Below, one piece after another: positions 52,773 through 64,000 of a stretch of 64,000 nucleotides of DNA. Within the stretch, counting starts at the first letter, position 1. Each line of letters opens with the position of its first letter. The notes under the pieces are model-generated. The model was not told the DNA's origin and did no database searches. It worked only from the letters and a program-made list of their open reading frames with translations. Source of the DNA: Amoebophrya sp. A120 (taxonomy: Eukaryota > Protista > Dinoflagellata); contig CAJINV010000007.1 of NCBI GenBank assembly GCA_905178155.1, forward strand, positions 2,089,151 to 2,153,150. The letters are read 5' to 3'. Position numbers and translations under genes: made by a program.

Positions 52773-54680
52773 CTACTCACTCTGCAGCAGCTTCAGCGAA
52801 ACGAGGTAGTTCGCGAAGTCGTGTGGCGACTTTCGCAAAACCTCCTTCTTCTTCGCGTCAACCGCGTGCTCCGCAGATCTTGTTTTCGCCGCAAATGCGT
52901 TCTCCTCCTTACGAAGCTCCTGACTCATCTTCTCATACTCGAGGAGGAGATCCTGTCGTTTTGGTTTTGGTTGGATTCTTTCTTTCGGTCTTGCATTGAA
53001 ATTTGAAAACGAACTTGTTGAACTAACGCATGACAACCCTTGTACCGTAACTACAGGCCCGACAGCACAGGTGAAGATGAAGAATCACACACCAGTAAGT
53101 GCAATATTATATACATAGAAGTGCGAATCTTCGTACTTACCTCGCTGACTTTCGTCGCTGCGGCGGCCTGTCCAGGCAGTTTTGAGTGTTTTCTGTCCAG
53201 TTGAAGCACGTGCTCCTCGGACTCGGTGAGCTGCATTTTCAGTCCCTTCACTAGGTTTGCCGACCCGAACTTCTGCTGTTTCACGAAGTGCTCAAGCAGA
53301 GGCGAATGGCGCAACGTGCGTAACACCCTCGGCGGCCGCTGCTTTATGGGCGAATCGTCGAGCTTCGCCTGGTCTAGGAGCGCCCGCGTCGCCTCGTTCG
53401 ACGAACTGCCGGCAGTGAGGGCACTGAATTTTTTGCAGTTTCAATATCAGCCGGCACAAAACCTCCGAGGTGAACAGCCTTGCCATGTGTGTTGACAAAC
53501 TTGCGGAGCTAGCACAAAAAACCTTTTCATGTATTTTCTATGACATAAATACGGAATGGCCCCCCTCCCGCCTCCTGCACTCTGCAAGACATCGCCGCCG
53601 CCCAGATTCAGTTTCCAGTGACTTATGGACAGAAACTGCGGCCTGAAACCGGTAAACCAGTAGCTGACGCGGGACACCAAGTCTCGTCGAAAAGTATCCG
53701 AGAAGTGCGTTCTTGATTTTGGGTAGGCGAGGAAAAGGCAATAGAGGACCTGAGTTGTGAGGATCGATGTTTATTTTGTTGTATCATGTGTTCTTATAGC
53801 AAGCACAGCACCATGATAAGCTGAAACGGCGCCAGCGAAGTGTGACTGCAGTCTTCAGGGGTGTCCGTCTCTGAAGACCTATTGCATATGCATTCCCATC
53901 CGTAGTGCTTGCATGAAATAACCGTGTACCTGCAAATCGAATCCGACATCAGGCGTAAAGAGAACAACAAAATACCGCTTGCGCAATCGCGTCGGGAAAG
54001 TGCGGAAAGAAGAAGTCGCGCTTTGACGGTGGCACGGCGGCAAACATGGCGACGTAATTCATGGATATTCTGTCAAACAGCAAATCTTCTTCTTCGACCT
54101 GTTCCCCGGATTTGAAGTAGTAACATATCGTCCACCAAAACAAATCCGCCACGATGCTATCCGCCGCCGGACTCGCAAAACAGCCCGCCCAAACAGCCCT
54201 CGCGCGGTTTTGCTCGGTCCCTGAGAACTCGATATTTATCGCGCAATTCTTTTTCACTTTTTCGAGTGGAAGCGACTCCGGGAGGGGAAACACGGGTTGG
54301 ACGTTCGCACCTGATATATCAATGTGCGAAATTCAGTGGACCATGCCGTATTCTTGCACCGATGATTGAGATGCATGACAAACATGACGAGCTCCTGTTC
54401 GACGCTGCTTCTGTCTATGAGTGAGAACAAGAAATAATAATAAACTGCATCAAATTATGATACCATTCTGCGTTTGTTCCAGGCTAACCACGAGACTTTG
54501 TTCCTGCAGTGGCAGCCTGGCATCCTCCACCCGAAACGCTGCGGCCTGTGGCTGGTCTAATGCTGCTAGTTCCCGAAATTCGGAGCTGGATGACGTCGTA
54601 TGATAGGTTGGCTCTTCCAGCTCTAGGCCCGTCAAGAAGGCCTGCTTCCCGGGAACGCCTTGCTTGTTTGGGGTTGCCAT
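52773..54680 (-). CDS. FAM227: FAM227/FWWh-domain protein, multi-exon with canonical introns
   Basis: DLFWWTICYYFK...LFDRISMNYVAMF...DFFFPHFPDAIAQA-VLYCLFLAYP...YWFTGFRP..SHWKL and HSPLL. GT-AG introns at 54311-54463, 53750-53975 and 53424-53552. The last junction is uncertain. Confidence 0.75.
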
Positions 54681-54686
54681 AATCGT

Positions 54687-54950
54687 TATCAACTGTAAAA
54701 ATGTCTGGGTCTGGAAGGATGCGAACTTGTGATGCGCATTTCACAACACAGACAAATCTCTCATGCATAGGCAGCAAAAGGCGCCCATTTCCTGTCACCA
54801 AAATGCGGGATTTGTCATGCGGATTAAGCAATGCGGAAGCTTCTCGAAATCTGTGATGCTAGGGCTTCCATGACAGACATTTTGTGTCATGCAGAAACAG
54901 CATGACAAAAGTCTGCATTTTTCCAGACCCAGACATTTTTACATTTGATA
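54687..54950. mobile_element. Introner, family A (264 bp), in the probable 5' UTR of the FAM227 gene
   Basis: Ends TATCAACTGTAAAAATGTCTGGGTCTGGAA ... TTCCAGACCCAGACATTTTTACATTTGATA. Perfect repeat ATCGT. Confidence 0.92.
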
Positions 54951-56132
54951 ATCGTCCTGCGGTTTTATGGCCGATGACGTTGAGTTCCTGCGAGCTGTGT
55001 CGTAGTTGCAGTGGAGTTCTCGTTCTATTAACGCCGGATGTGTCTTCCGATTTGGTCTTGATGGAGCTGTCGCTTTGTGCTCTTCGACCGCTGAATGCTC
55101 GCCACTCCGACGCAAGTAGGCAAGCCTTCGCCTTTGGCTCCTCGGACCGCCTCCACCGACGCGGGCAACGAACGAGCAGTCAGTGTTGGATTGCTTTTCT
55201 ACTTCACCGTGGCATCGGCAAGTCACGACTTCTGCAAAGGCCGATTAAAGACGCAGATGATGAGCAGCGGCCACACTCGCGCGATTTGGCAGCAACTTCC
55301 ACAATGACAAAGTTTTCCGCTTTTATGCTATGGTATAGCTGCGTGAGCGGCACTAATAGCAAGAGCTGCACATCACACAGCAATTTACTCGGAAGATCGC
55401 CGTAGCTGTAATTGATGGGCTCGAGGAGAGTCGGATGTTTTTCTTTTCGCACAAAGGGGAGGTATGGCTACACGTAAATTCATCATCGAGCATCTTCATC
55501 CGACGACATCGAACAGAATAACGACAGCGAGGAGTACAAAAGTCAATCGCCGCGGCACGAACGCGACTTCGAGATGAACAACGACAGCAACAAAGACAAT
55601 CGGGCAAGAACGATGCACTTAACAGTGAAGGACGACAAGACTTGTATCTCCATCAATTTTTCTTTGTATTGGCTCCTGCTCTCATGGGGCATCGGCACCC
55701 TTCTCGGTCGCACTCTACTTCCAACTGAAATGATTTCATCCGGACGCCGACGATACGAAAGCAAGGCGGTGACCACGAACATCATGGACCATCAACTTAC
55801 ACGAGCAGAACATTTCAACATCAGCACTGGAAGATGATTTTTCCAGATTTATTGGCTTTGCCTAGTGTGTCAGTTTGCCCAGGCTGACGGCGCCACGCGA
55901 AATTTTCACAATTTTGTCAAACTGAAACTGAAAAGATCACCACGTTCACGAAGCTCCTCTACATTGGAATCAGCATCAGCTCGTCAAGCTCCGGTCAATC
56001 AAATCCACCAGCTCTCGCGAAGAAAAATTGTCTACGTCACCACTCGCGGCACCGCTCCCTGCAACCCCAACCACCGTGCCGTCCTTAAGCTGTGCGATAG
56101 ATTGATTTACAATTTCTCCTGCCTTCTACTTC

Positions 56133-59088
56133 TCAAGAAGTGAACCACTGCCCATAGCCATTGATGCCCAGCATAATTTTGCAACCCTGAATAATTACAG
56201 AAGCAGGATTGGGTTCCTTTTAACACATCATGCACATACCTGCAAGTGTCCCGGCGGACTGCTCCCCCCGGTAAACTTCCCCACCAAACTTGACTTTGGC
56301 GGAGAAGCGCTGTTTATTCGTTTACTACTGTCTTTCCGGTCCAGCAGACTCTTGGTTTGGAACTGAAATTCGTCCAAATAGTGCAAAAACTCCTCAGCCG
56401 GCGCCCCGTTTGATGCCGTGGATTTCGAGTGCGTCGTCGACGAAAAAGCGTTGTAGGGAACGTCGGCCTGGAGCTTCCTGTCTAGTTCCGCAAGGAAGGC
56501 TTGATCTGGTTTTTTGGAAAAGAAGATCAAGACGTTCGTCTTTCCTACATGTAACGCGCAGATGAAGATGAACCTACATGATGCATACTATAGATACCCA
56601 TATTAGCCATAAAAACCGTACTAGAACACCACCATCACAAACTTTCTATACCATCCAACAGCATGCTTTTGCTCAGAGACGCGACCGGCGGGTTTTGGAT
56701 GAGCTGTTTCCGCTCTTGCTGCGAAGCGGGTAGGGGCTGAGCCTCCAGCGGGCTTCGACTGCTGTTCGTCCTGTTGGCGCCTACCGGTCTGCTCGCTGAG
56801 TAGTTGTGGAAGTTATTATCGTCCAGCAACTCCAGATCGTCCCTCCGCGGCGACTGCATCACGTAGGCTAGAACCGCCGAGTTGTCCCGTAACGGTTCCC
56901 CGTCCGGGGCGTCAACGTAAGCCTTCTCCCGGAGACTCATCGCGTTGCGCAACCGCTCCTCCCGCACTTGGCCTTGGCGGACCTTACAGGATGTAAATGC
57001 ACAGCAGGAGTCATCTTCACATGCCCAAGTTCATCTCTTTCTTGAAATACAGCATGAACAACATGATCAACACAAGCACCGCTAAACAAGTTCATCCGGG
57101 CATGATGAAGATAAAAACAATATTCTCTTGTTGATATCCATGATAAGTACCTGCGTCCGCAGCCGTTTGTTTTCTGCCGTCAGGATGCGGACCTGCTTCT
57201 CCAAGTTTTGAATGCGCATGTTGTCGTGGTGGTGGTAGTGGTGCAAGATCACGTGTTCCTTTTCCTTCGGACTTCCCCGCACGCGGCCCTGGCTGTTCAG
57301 CTGGCTGTTGTTATTTCTTACTGCGTTTCCTGACGAGACCAGAACCGCTGGTCGACTTCCCGACCGACCCCTGTAAATCACAGCTGCGCTACCTCCAATC
57401 GAAGCCGTCGTGGCATTTATTGGCAGTCGCGCGGCTGGTGCACCAACACCTGTGTACTGTAGGGAATCTTGCCGGATCAGCCTCTGCCGCTGGTGCTCTT
57501 CCAATGTTGGCGAATTCGACGCGTTTCTTGATCGTATCTGAAGGTTTATGCCCCCTGAACCAGTTCTCGGTCGACTCGTAGTTCTTCCCGGCGAAACAAA
57601 CACTTCGTTCACCGCTGGCACCGTGGAAATGCTGACCCGGCGCGACGTGGGGGTGAACGGGCCGGTTCTGAACGGAGGCTGCTGGTGCACCTGTTTCTGC
57701 CGAAGCCGGTTGGTCACCGTGTCGGGGATCAGTTGATGCTGGTGATCGTCCGGGTAAAAGACGAGAACGCCGGGCTGCGAAGAGGCCTGTGCAGCATTCT
57801 TCTGCTGTTCTTGGTCGTTTCCTGGCTGGACTTGTTGACCCGGATCTGATGAAACAAGATCCTCAGTAGAATCTGGCCTCACAGGGCCAGACTGCCCAAC
57901 AACTTCCGAAGATGCCCTTCTCGGCATTGGCGAAACTGAGTTATTCTCTCTGCATCGCGGGTGCTGTCCGGCGGAAGGTTCTGCTCGCCCAGCAGGCGAT
58001 TTCGTTTGTTCGGGACCTCCTTGTTCCGCAGCTGCAGCAGTTTCCAAGGCCCGATCTTGGTCCACCAGTGTGTTCTCGAACTCTGCGCTCGGCTCCACGA
58101 GGGCACTTTGGTCTGGAATGATGGAAATCGCGGTCATGCCTACGCCAACATCCCTATCAGTGCCGCCGCCCCGTCGTGGCGGCGAGATGGATTGTTTGCG
58201 GGAAAGCGGAAGGGTCGCATTTGGTCGTTGATGTTCATGATACTGTTGTGCCAGCACATCACCGCTTTGCTCCAGAATTCCTTGCCCGCCTTCTGCCGCT
58301 GCAGCGACCACATCTCGCAGCTGATGTACAGAGAACCCGTCTTTTTTCGCAGCGGCTTTATTTGAAGCGCAGCTAGTACCCGATATAGTTGCGGCTTGAA
58401 CAGCAGCAGGATCATCTTCAAACAAATTCTGTATAACCCCATCAACAACTACACCCCCACCTCCAAAATGCCCCTGATGCACCATCATCGCCGAATGATT
58501 CATCCGCTGCATGCTTTTTACATTCCCGTTCACGACTTTTGCCCGGTAAGTCCTCTCTTCCGTGTCCAAAACGGCACACGTCTCCCGCAACAGCGCCGGC
58601 CCGATTCGGTGGCGCAGCATGCACACCACATCGGGCGGGAGCCCCGGCACCGGGCCCGCCTGCTCTTTGGGCATTTTGTTCACGGGCGGGTGCTTCCAGT
58701 CGTCGGCGGATAGGCAGTAAAAAAGTAGCCCGAGGTAGAGGTTCCGTAACCGCTCAAACGCGGAATTGGCGTTTACGTACATCAGCCTTTCTCGCCAGGC
58801 CCGCACCCGGATCAGAATTTGCTTCGAGATCGTGGATCTCCGGTTCAGCAAGGCGTCGAGTTCCCGTGTGAAGACGATGAATTCCTCTTCGAGATTCGCA
58901 CACGCAGAGAGGAGAACGCCGCGGGTGGTGGAGGAGGCGGTACTAGTTGTGTAGGCTGTAGTCGTTCCGGCTGCTGAGACAGGAGCGGGTTGACGCAATC
59001 TGCTGGCTGAGGTTGACGAAGATGTCGATGGCATAGACCCGCCACCTTGAAGCTGGTGGGACGCGAAAGGACCCGAATACTGTGGCAT
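56133..59088 (-). CDS. DUF4485-domain (CEP112 N-terminal-like) protein with coiled coil
   Basis: RVRAWRERL...RNLYLGLLFYCL...HPPVNKMP...GPVPGLP. Frame-consistent GT-AG introns at 56983-57150 and 56545-56651. The last exon is tentative. Confidence 0.7.
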
Positions 59089-59825
59089 CTTTTTTTATCT
59101 GTTGAAATCAAGAAGTAGAAGGCCAAATTGAAGTGGAAAAGAACGAGCTCTTGAAGCTCCTGTAGTAAAATTTGGCTTCTGCAGCAGTAGTTTTTCCGCT
59201 CGCGCCACGCAAGGTCGCTACTGGATAGTTGTGTGGGACAAACTTGTGCTTTTTATTTTCATTCTGCAAATCGGTACGATTTTGGTGATCAAGCTCAGGC
59301 TCATCTTGTCGCAGCATGAAAGCGTTTATTCTCTTTTGCTCTCTTGTTACGCCCATGCTCGGGCTTTGAGTCTGGCCCGACCACCACTTCTCAGTAAGGA
59401 GAGCCCCATGTGTAGTACCTTGGGTCGTCGTCATAGCCCGCTCCGCAAGTCCACGTTCAATACGCGAGACGACAATTAACACAAAAAACCGACTGCGACT
59501 TCTGACACATCAAATGATGCAACTCGAAGTTTGCCATTGCCGGAATTTCTACAACTTGTGACTGACAACGAGAACAACATAGGAAAGAGACAAACAAAAA
59601 GACGCCTCTGCTGCGCAGTCGTCCAGCGGATGCCAGTCATCTTCATTTATGGGATGGCACACGAGTTATTTGTCCGATTCTATTCATGTTGTGCGAAATT
59701 ATTATCCTCGGAAGATGAACTACTACGCGCACCAGAGTTTTCATTTTACTACATCCGACAGGCATATCATGGCTTCTTTTCCTTCAAAGTGCAGAAGTCT
59801 TTTAGGCCGCTTGAAATGTTCCAAT

Positions 59826-61742
59826 TTAGTTCTCCCCGATCATCTTCGTGCGTCTTTGTGCTTTTTCGCTCTCTAAAATGGCACTTTTCTCTTCCAGATC
59901 CTCCGTCTCTAACCTCGCCCACAGGCCTTCCAGAGCTGGCATGACGACTAACACTTGGATCGTCTGTGTGTGGTGATCTTCAGAACCTCCCGACTCGCTG
60001 CTAGCTTTGGGTACATCCGCGTCAATACCCTTCTCTTGTTGGTCGTGGTCCATGAACCCGGAACCGCTATCGTCCTCGTTGTAGTTCTCACTTGCATAAT
60101 CTTCGAAGTTGTTGCTATCAAGAACATCATCCGGCGTACCAGTAGGATGTTTCTGCTCTTCTTCCGTAGACGTGGAGAGCAGGTCGGTTAGCTTTTCCGC
60201 ATTTGCGTCAGAATCCAGTCCAAGCTCCTTCTGGTCGTCCGCCGTCCCGTCTGTCGCACTGTTGAGAATATACCGCAGCCCCACCGCGCCGCCGGGGCCG
60301 CTTTTTCCGTACACGATTTCACCCATGCTTCTGGGGGGCCGTAGCTTGTTGTGGGCATGTTTGGGCTTCGCCACGATCTGTGTTCGCATGAAGTACTTAT
60401 CTAGCAAGTCGAACTTTTCCCGCAGGGGCCCCTCGGGAATCTTTTGTCGCAACTCCTGCGGGTCTCCGTAAAAAAACCGACGGAAATACTCACAGGAAAC
60501 TTTCTGCCGAAGCTCTTCGCTCCAGCTACGCCCAGGCGCGGACAAATTCACCTCGAGGCGTGCAAGATATGCATCGTCATCCTGATCAACCATTGGATCT
60601 TCCTCCTCGTCTGCGGCAGGTTTGACGCCGCCGTTATTCCACGACACTGACTCCCACGCGCGGACGTACGCAATAAACTTGCTCTGTTCCAAAACGCTAC
60701 CAAACTCGTAAATGACGGCTTCATCAAGGAGGTCAGCTTTGATGTCTGCCCTCTTTGAACCCATGTCTGGTCCACGCGGATGTTGGCCATCGCGACAGCG
60801 AGTCCGAGTGTACTTCCTCAGCGCCCTGCCATAAGTCCGATCGAACGTCATGGCGTCCATATTTTCGGGACCGATTCCACCGACCAAAGAAACCCGCAAA
60901 TCCTTCTCAAACCCTTGCGATAACATTTCGACGGCCTGAGATGAGCACTTGATCGACACAGACGTTTCGCCGTTAGGCTGAATCTGTAGCTCTTCTAATT
61001 CCCGCCGACTCAAAACGCCAGGATGGTTGAGCACGGGCCACTGTCTCCGCGAACCGGGCGTGTAAAAAACGAGAAAGGACCAGTTCCAGTCCGCTCGGTC
61101 TCGGATGGTACTAATATCATAATTGCCGGCGCCGGCCTCATCATGTACCTTGCATGTGCCCCATTCACACATGTGCTCTTCAGTTTGACGAGTAAACCCT
61201 ACGTACAGTCGACAGTCCAGAGCTAGCTCGACCCGCTTCTGAATGGCATCGTTGAACTCTGGTGTCTGACCGCTGCAGCGTATGCTGCGGAGCCTCATTC
61301 GCCCGAACTCGTCGCCGCAGTTGCTGTAGCAGAGGTCGTAAGGAATTTCGTAAGCTGCCGGTCGTTTGATGTAGACATTGTACTGCGCCGCCGTCTCCGC
61401 CAGGTAAGTTTCAAACGCGAGCTTGGCAGCGGCAAAGGTCCAGCTTGGATCGTCGACCTCATTCTCCGACGTGAAGACGCTGCTTGCGCCACCTCCGCCA
61501 CCGCTAGTAGAACCGTCAGCACCACGTTCGCTCGCACTGTGCGCTGCGGTCGCGCGCTTGGCGTTTTTCGTCGCTGCCGAGGGATCGTACTCAAACAGCA
61601 GCTCATCAGCTGCTGTCGTAAAACGCACCTTCACACGTCGTGGCTGTTTTGGTAGCTGCGGGGCAGCGGCTTCCTGGTTGGGGTCGTTGGCCTTCATGGT
61701 CTCGCACTTTATTTCCATCTTGCTTTTGCGACACGGACACAC
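59826..61742 (-). CDS. Hypothetical protein (~630 aa; probable ATG at MEIKC)
   Basis: Uninterrupted 638-codon ORF on the gene-bearing strand. No domain recognised. Confidence 0.65.
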   Translation of the reverse strand: MCPCRKSKMEIKCETMKANDPNQEAAAPQLPKQPRRVKVRFTTAADELLFEYDPSAATKNAKRATAAHSASERGADGSTSGGGGGASSVFTSENEVDDPSWTFAAAKLAFETYLAETAAQYNVYIKRPAAYEIPYDLCYSNCGDEFGRMRLRSIRCSGQTPEFNDAIQKRVELALDCRLYVGFTRQTEEHMCEWGTCKVHDEAGAGNYDISTIRDRADWNWSFLVFYTPGSRRQWPVLNHPGVLSRRELEELQIQPNGETSVSIKCSSQAVEMLSQGFEKDLRVSLVGGIGPENMDAMTFDRTYGRALRKYTRTRCRDGQHPRGPDMGSKRADIKADLLDEAVIYEFGSVLEQSKFIAYVRAWESVSWNNGGVKPAADEEEDPMVDQDDDAYLARLEVNLSAPGRSWSEELRQKVSCEYFRRFFYGDPQELRQKIPEGPLREKFDLLDKYFMRTQIVAKPKHAHNKLRPPRSMGEIVYGKSGPGGAVGLRYILNSATDGTADDQKELGLDSDANAEKLTDLLSTSTEEEQKHPTGTPDDVLDSNNFEDYASENYNEDDSGSGFMDHDQQEKGIDADVPKASSESGGSEDHHTQTIQVLVVMPALEGLWARLETEDLEEKSAILESEKAQRRTKMIGEN

Positions 61743-62959
61743 TTGCTAAAGACTCAAGCCTGTCATCAATTCCAAAGACTTAGAATGGTTGCGTACCTAT
61801 GCTTTTCAAATACGGTATACGGTCCCTCTTTTTTCATGACATTATCATGATCGGAGTTTAGCCTCAACTGATCCCTTCTGGTGGAGAAAAATGTTAGTGT
61901 ATGGTACTGATTCTGTTTCTGCTGCTGCTAATAACTGCTACGCAGCAGAAGACCGAAAACAGTCTGAATCTGGCTGTATCCACTGGACAATGTAGAGAAA
62001 GAAAAGGCTAATAAGGTGATCCCGTCCGGCATGGCATCAGAAGTGCTACAATACTCACATCGATGTCGATCCGAAGGAGCATGGAGCGTTGAACAACTCT
62101 ACGAATCAACTTCAGCGACTTTGCTCCCGGTCCCGGATCTTTTGCACAACAACTCTATCAAAAATCATGTGCTGTTTCTGTCTGGCAATCACCGCCACCT
62201 GGCTGTTGCTTTATCTTCGTGAATTAGCTTTGACTTGTTCCTGTTCGTCTTCGTTCATCATATTTGGATACCCTTTGATGAAGCACCGTCTTGGTACACT
62301 TTGCAAACGCAATTTGGCAAAAGCCTCTTTTAGAAGTGCGAGCGAAAAGCTGCACCTCTAGCTATCATCGAATTACAAAATAACAAGACAATATGGGAAG
62401 TAGAACGAGAAGTAAATTTCAAGGAGCGTGAAGAAAACGATTGTTCTTAGGTTCGCCGGCAGCGCATAGCCGCGACGTTGAGGTACTTCGACACAACTGA
62501 AAGTTCTGAAAAGAGCTCTGAGTTTGCTATATTCAAGAACGAATTTTGGCGTGACATTTTAGAAAATCAAAATCAAGAAGACTTTACTTTCTCAGTCGAA
62601 TACCACGGAGGCAGCAGCCCTTCCTGGCGGTTGCTGCTCCACGATTCGCTGATCTCTTCTCGGGTCTTTGAACGCTACAGATAAATAAGGTCTTATTAAA
62701 AGAGGTTGCAATCTATATGTAATTCGAGGAAAAAACTGAAGGGTCTTGTACTACAACACTAGCTTTGGTTTGTTGTTCTTGTTACATGAGGGAGAAATTC
62801 TAATTTACCATTTCTGGAGGCGAACAAGTTCAGGCTGCTCTCCTTACCGTCTAACAGTAACAAGGAAAAACAGAATCACAGGAAGATAAAAAAGCGGTAG
62901 CAGATGTTGATATTCCTGGTTGTTCCTCTCCTCTGCTACTCGCCCTCTTCCACCACTCC

Positions 62960-64000
62960 TCACACCTCATCTCCCATGTACCGGTCTTCGAGCCAGCTTC
63001 GAGCGTACTCGTTTTGCAGCCCCGGGTCCAGCAGTTTCGGGTCGCCCTTGCTGGCCTTTTCGAAGAACTTTTTGTCGTCCTTTTTGGAGTCGGAGGGGTC
63101 GTGGTCGCACCGCCACGCGCCGAAGAGAAACAGCGCGAGCATCAGCGCTATCCCGAAAACGGACGCCGTGTAGATGATGAACCCGATGTCTGGGTCCATG
63201 ATGCTGTCCATGTAAGGACAGATCGACCGATATATGTTGTCCGGACACAGCGACACGAATATGCTCCGTAACGGGAAGTCACGGAATATGTTCTTGAAAA
63301 ACCCGTCCTCTTCGTGCAACGCGGACTGGATGTCCACCTTCAGCCCGTCCAGCAGTTGCAGCAGCTCGTCCGCCGACCGCGTGCTGCCGTCGCTGCTCGG
63401 CCGGAAGATCGTGTTCACGATCACCCCCTCGGTCGTCGCTGCGGCGCCCGTGCCCGTTCGGGCCTCGGAAATGGACGCGACGACAAAGGTTTCGGAACTC
63501 ACGCCCAGCAGCTGTCCCAGCTCGTACGTGAAGCGGTAGACGTAGTATTTCCGCTCCGGGTGCTCGTCCGAGCGGTTCCAGATCATGTTATTTACCGCCT
63601 CGGGACTGGACATCTTGATCGGGACCATCAGCGTTCGGCTGTAGATGTCTTCCACCCCGCCCTTCGTCGTGGTCAGCGTGTAGGTTGTTCCGTTCAAATA
63701 CGGGTTCACGCGGTGGCCGACCATGTGCAGCTGCATGTTGGGGTCCACGTCTGGGCTCGTCGCCGCGGCGCTCGACGCGTCCATGGCACCGGAGGATGAG
63801 GTGGACGAAGCGGACGCGTCGGTGGACACGAGCTGCACCACGTTCTGCGCCAAGGCCTCGGCTTCGCTCGTTGCGACCGTGGACTGGGTGGTGGAAAGGT
63901 TGGTGCCCGGCTCGATGAAGATCGGGCTCGTTCGCCCAGGCTTCAGCTGCGACGCGGTTGCGTCAATGAAGAAAGCGGGGTCGGAATAGCTGTGGTTTGT
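62960..64000 (-). CDS. 5'-partial single-pass membrane protein (extracellular domain, TM, short tail)
   Basis: The frame is open from 64000 to the stop at 62960. TM IGFIIYTASVFGIALMLALFLFGAW. Strong GC3 bias. Confidence 0.75.
   Translation of the reverse strand, partial: TNHSYSDPAFFIDATASQLKPGRTSPIFIEPGTNLSTTQSTVATSEAEALAQNVVQLVSTDASASSTSSSGAMDASSAAATSPDVDPNMQLHMVGHRVNPYLNGTTYTLTTTKGGVEDIYSRTLMVPIKMSSPEAVNNMIWNRSDEHPERKYYVYRFTYELGQLLGVSSETFVVASISEARTGTGAAATTEGVIVNTIFRPSSDGSTRSADELLQLLDGLKVDIQSALHEEDGFFKNIFRDFPLRSIFVSLCPDNIYRSICPYMDSIMDPDIGFIIYTASVFGIALMLALFLFGAWRCDHDPSDSKKDDKKFFEKASKGDPKLLDPGLQNEYARSWLEDRYMGDEV

Overview
Eukaryotic genomic window, most likely from a syndinian dinoflagellate such as Amoebophrya; this is inferred from co-oriented genes and non-canonical inverted-repeat introns. 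All ~10 credible genes lie on the minus strand: a Cys-rich type-I membrane protein, a ~2190-aa unknown protein, an unknown (possibly RCC1-like) protein, NOP9, a full-size ABCA transporter, FAM227/FWWh, a DUF4485 protein and several hypotheticals. The main hidden system is a set of 18 insertions with ends close to TAT...ATA, imperfect terminal inverted repeats (TIRs) and a 5-bp direct repeat. For the 17 in coding sequence, removing the element plus one repeat copy restores the reading frame, and most cannot be read as GT-AG. They look like DNA-transposon-derived non-canonical introns (introners) from at least 4 families. One is a 6.6-kb giant in NOP9 carrying a divergent, 5'-truncated APE-RT non-LTR retroelement whose FVDD catalytic motif is broken by a 4-bp duplication. 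A 1.4-kb palindromic satellite (CCGTAGCCTACGG) shares its first 8-9 nt with the dinoflagellate spliced leader. All gene models were built by hand, without RNA data.
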